Source of the DNA: Truepera sp.
GTDB taxonomy: Bacteria > Deinococcota > Deinococci > Deinococcales > Trueperaceae
Direction of reading: 5' to 3'
Assembly (NCBI GenBank): GCA_965218435.1
Contig: CBDCKW010000009.1
Span: 1,664,001-1,728,000, forward strand
DNA: 64,000 nucleotides
Under the pieces are notes generated by a model. The model was given only the letters and a program-made list of their open reading frames with translations, did not search any database and was not told the DNA's origin. Shown one piece after another: positions 61,126 to 64,000 of the stretch; positions within the stretch are counted from its first letter, which is position 1, and each line of letters begins with the position of its first letter. The position numbers and the translations under genes are program-made.

Positions 61126-62051
61126 ATGAAAGCAGTCCGTTTTGACCACTACGGCGACCTCGACGTCTTGTACGTCGGTGATATCCCCACACCGACCGCC
61201 GAGCCGGGGCGGGTCGTCGTTGACGTCCGCGCCGCCGGTACCAACCCCGGTGAGGCCACGATCCGTAAGGGCGAGCTGGAGGCGATGTTTCCCGGAACGT
61301 TTCCCTCCGGCCAAGGTACGGACTTTGCGGGCATTGTCGCCGCAGTTGGCGACGGCGTAAACTCCGTGTCGGTCGGCGACGAAGTGATGGGCTGGAGCCA
61401 CGAACGCTCGAGTCAGGCCGAGCAGGTGTCGGTACCCGCCGAGCAGGTCATCCCCAAACCACCGGAGCTGTCCTGGGAGGTCGCGGGCTCGCTCGAAGTC
61501 GCGGGTATGACCGCGTATGCGGCCATGCAAGCCGTCGGCGCTAGTCAAGGTGACACCGTGGCCGTCTCTGCCGCTGCAGGTGGGGTAGGTTCTTTGGTGG
61601 TGCAGATGCTGCGCCGAATTGGTGCCGACGTTATCGGCGTTGCTTCAGAATCCAACTTTGCGTGGTTGCGGTCGGTGGGAGTCACGCCGGTAGCTTACGG
61701 CGATGGACTGGCCGACCGCTCCGTCAGGCCGCGCCGGGGGGTCTTGACGCCTTTGTGGACTGTTTCGGGGGCGGCTACTGCCAGCTGGCCCTCGACCTCG
61801 GGGTCAGCCCACAACGTGTAGATACCATTATTGACTTTGAGGCCGCTCAGAAGCTTGGCGTCAAAGCTGAGGGTGCTGCGGCTATACCGGCAGCTGACAC
61901 CCCGCGAGTGTTTGCTGAGATCGCCGGTATGGTGGCGCACGGTGAGGTGGTCGTACCTATTGAAGCAACCTACCCTCTGGAGCGGGTGCGCGAGGCTTAC
62001 GCTGAGTTAGAGAAGCGCCACACTCACGGGAAGATTGTACTTATTCCGTGA
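61126..62051 (+). pseudogene. NADP-dependent (MDR/quinone) oxidoreductase with one frameshift near 61719
   Basis: N-half to YGDGLADR; C-half LRQAAPGGLDAFVDCFG...HTHGKIVLIP in another frame; one missing base at GAC CGC (C)TC CGT. Confidence 0.85.
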
Positions 62052-62186
62052 GCTTTAGATTATAAAACCAGGCTCGAGCGTCTCTAGCTCTAAAAACCTG
62101 AACAAGATGTCAACAAGGCTGGACTCGAGCCCTCCTCCCCGTCTATAACTGCGGCGGCCCGAGCTGCCACGGTATGCTGGACGCAC

Positions 62187-62723
62187 ATGGATGTACTTGA
62201 CCTCTATACGCGCAGCGGCGGTTACCTCGAGGGGCACTTTCTCCTCGCGTCGGGCCGCCATTCACCCAAGTTTTTACAATCAACCACGGTGTTTCAGTAT
62301 CCCGACTACGCCGAGGCGTTAGGGGGTGCGCTCGCCGCCAAGTTTGCGGACCTGGGGCCGGACTTTGTGCTCGGTCCGGCAATGGGCGGCGTGATTTTAG
62401 CACACACCGTCGCCCGCGCCCTCGGCTGCCGCGCCATCTTCGCCGAAAAGTTCAGCAACCGGATGATCGTCAGAGACGCGTTCAAAATCGCGCCGGGCGA
62501 GCGGTTTTTAGCCGTTGAGGACGTGATTACGACCGGCGGCTCACTCCGCAAAGCGATCCGCGCTGCTGAAGACGAAGGCGCTGAATGTATAGACGTGGGC
62601 TGTATCGTTGACCGTTTGGGCTCCCCGCTTGCACCGCGCTCGCTTCTGAGCCTCGAGTTTCCCTCCTACGCACCAGAAGACTGCCCGCTCTGCCGGGGCG
62701 GTATCCCGCTAGCAGAAGTATGA
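62187..62723 (+). CDS. pyrE: Orotate phosphoribosyltransferase
   Basis: GHFLLASGRHS, GPAMGG and VEDVITTGGS PRPP-binding loop. Confidence 0.95.
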   Translation: MDVLDLYTRSGGYLEGHFLLASGRHSPKFLQSTTVFQYPDYAEALGGALAAKFADLGPDFVLGPAMGGVILAHTVARALGCRAIFAEKFSNRMIVRDAFKIAPGERFLAVEDVITTGGSLRKAIRAAEDEGAECIDVGCIVDRLGSPLAPRSLLSLEFPSYAPEDCPLCRGGIPLAEV

Positions 62724-63883
62724 AGCTGTTTTGTATGAAGCTGTTTTTTTTACCGCTCCTTTTCATCAGCTTGAACGTTGGTGGGGTTTTGGCTGCGTCC
62801 GCCATACCCGCACAACCGCAAACCTTGCAAACAAGGCCGCAAGCAACAAACCAGACGAACGCCCCGGCAGCTGTCGCCGACAACGCGGTACGGTCGTGGC
62901 TTAAACGCCCACCGCTTAACCCGGCTAGCCTCGCGGGTCTCCCCGCTGAAGAGGTGTGTAGGGAGCTGCCGACCCTGCTCAACAATCCTGCCCCACCTGC
63001 CGGGACAACCGTTAACTTTCAAAACCGCGTCGCCCGCGAAAACACCCAGACCACGCGCCGCTACACCTACCCGATAACGTTTCCCGGCAACCGTTTGAGC
63101 GTGCTCGAGGTCACCTTAAAACGTCAAAACGGACGTTGGCAAGCCCAAAACGTCGGGGTGCAAACTGCAAACCAAGCTCCAACGATTCCGGCCGTATTGC
63201 AAGGCCCCGCCGCCGCCTGGATTTTTGCGGCCTTCAGCCTGGTATTTTTGTATCTGCTCGTGCGCCCATCATTTTTTCGCCGCTGGCTCGCTGAGGGTTG
63301 GGGTTACCTACGCGAACACCGCCGCCTCAGCGTCATCACCGTCTTGCTCCTCTACGGGCTTTTCGGACTCGGCGTCTTTACCGGGGCGAACCTGCCTCCG
63401 GTCTGCGCTCAGACTGTAACGCAATTTGTTGAGCAGGGCGTTTCGCAGCTCGGTGCGGCGCAAGCCTACGAAAGTGGGAACGTCGCGCGGGCCGCCGTCG
63501 TCACGCTTTATCAAAACTTTGTGATGGGAACCATCGTTACCACCTACGGCGTCGCCTTCGTCTCGTTCGGTGTACTCGCCTATGTCCTTAACGCTGCCCG
63601 CTTTCTTGTGCTTGGCGTTCCCTTTGGCTTTTTGACGCAGAGCAGTCCCGCAACGCTTCTCTCGGTCATCATTTTGATCTTGATCGAACTGATGGCCTAC
63701 GTGCTGGTCACAGCAGGCGGCGGGATGCTCCTCGTTACACTGATTCGTGGCGGCTTTCCGGCATTTCGTTTGGCCTTTCGCAAACTGACGCTCATGCTCC
63801 CTATCGCCTTTTTGCTGCTCGTGATCGGCGCGTGGTACGAAGCGGCGGTTATCATCTTGCCGCGGCTGCTAGGCGGGAACTAG
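62720..63883 (+). CDS. SpoIIM-like membrane protein with an N-terminal extracytoplasmic domain
   Basis: Signal-like N-terminus; C-terminal multi-TM with YQN, IELMAY and LLVIGAWYEA. Confidence 0.75.
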   Translation: MKLFCMKLFFLPLLFISLNVGGVLAASAIPAQPQTLQTRPQATNQTNAPAAVADNAVRSWLKRPPLNPASLAGLPAEEVCRELPTLLNNPAPPAGTTVNFQNRVARENTQTTRRYTYPITFPGNRLSVLEVTLKRQNGRWQAQNVGVQTANQAPTIPAVLQGPAAAWIFAAFSLVFLYLLVRPSFFRRWLAEGWGYLREHRRLSVITVLLLYGLFGLGVFTGANLPPVCAQTVTQFVEQGVSQLGAAQAYESGNVARAAVVTLYQNFVMGTIVTTYGVAFVSFGVLAYVLNAARFLVLGVPFGFLTQSSPATLLSVIILILIELMAYVLVTAGGGMLLVTLIRGGFPAFRLAFRKLTLMLPIAFLLLVIGAWYEAAVIILPRLLGGN

Positions 63884-64000
63884 ACCTATCATTCAAGCTG
63901 CAAAATGCGGCGTAGTGCCGGGGTGACCTCGAGCAAACTCGTCGCGCCCCTCAACACGTCAGCGTGCGGGCCGACAGCCAAAAGCGGCACCGGATTACGG

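Overview
A 64 kb chromosomal stretch from a moderately GC-rich bacterium, most likely Deinococcota (Truepera-like). That call is inferred from gene content and from many -10 boxes sitting 5-8 nt before start codons, i.e. leaderless genes. Housekeeping genes include cysS, an ABC-F ATPase, rarA, folC and folP-folB-folK, pyrE, a ROK kinase and an SLH-domain protein. There is a near-complete purine catabolism cluster (uraD, uricase, uraH, allB, allE, a plant-UAH-like amidohydrolase, xdhABC) and several TetR/MarR plus oxidoreductase modules. Reading the DNA directly adds features the ORF track misses: (1) a leaderless 11-codon ORF ending in Cys-Cys just upstream of cysS, a candidate cysteine-sensing leader peptide; (2) a PIN-like gene, a Fic gene and a protein-kinase gene interleaved into the purine operons, two of them borrowing their stop codons from the host gene downstream; (3) three families of MITE-like elements, one with two identical 180-bp copies and 9-bp target duplications; (4) strong over-representation of the palindrome CTCGAG, which drops out in foreign-looking segments; (5) a decayed tyrosine recombinase, an internally deleted DUF4260 gene, single-lesion xdhA, corA and oxidoreductase genes, and a four-box PecS-type operator. 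No rRNA, tRNA or CRISPR array was seen. All family calls come from motif recognition, not database searches.
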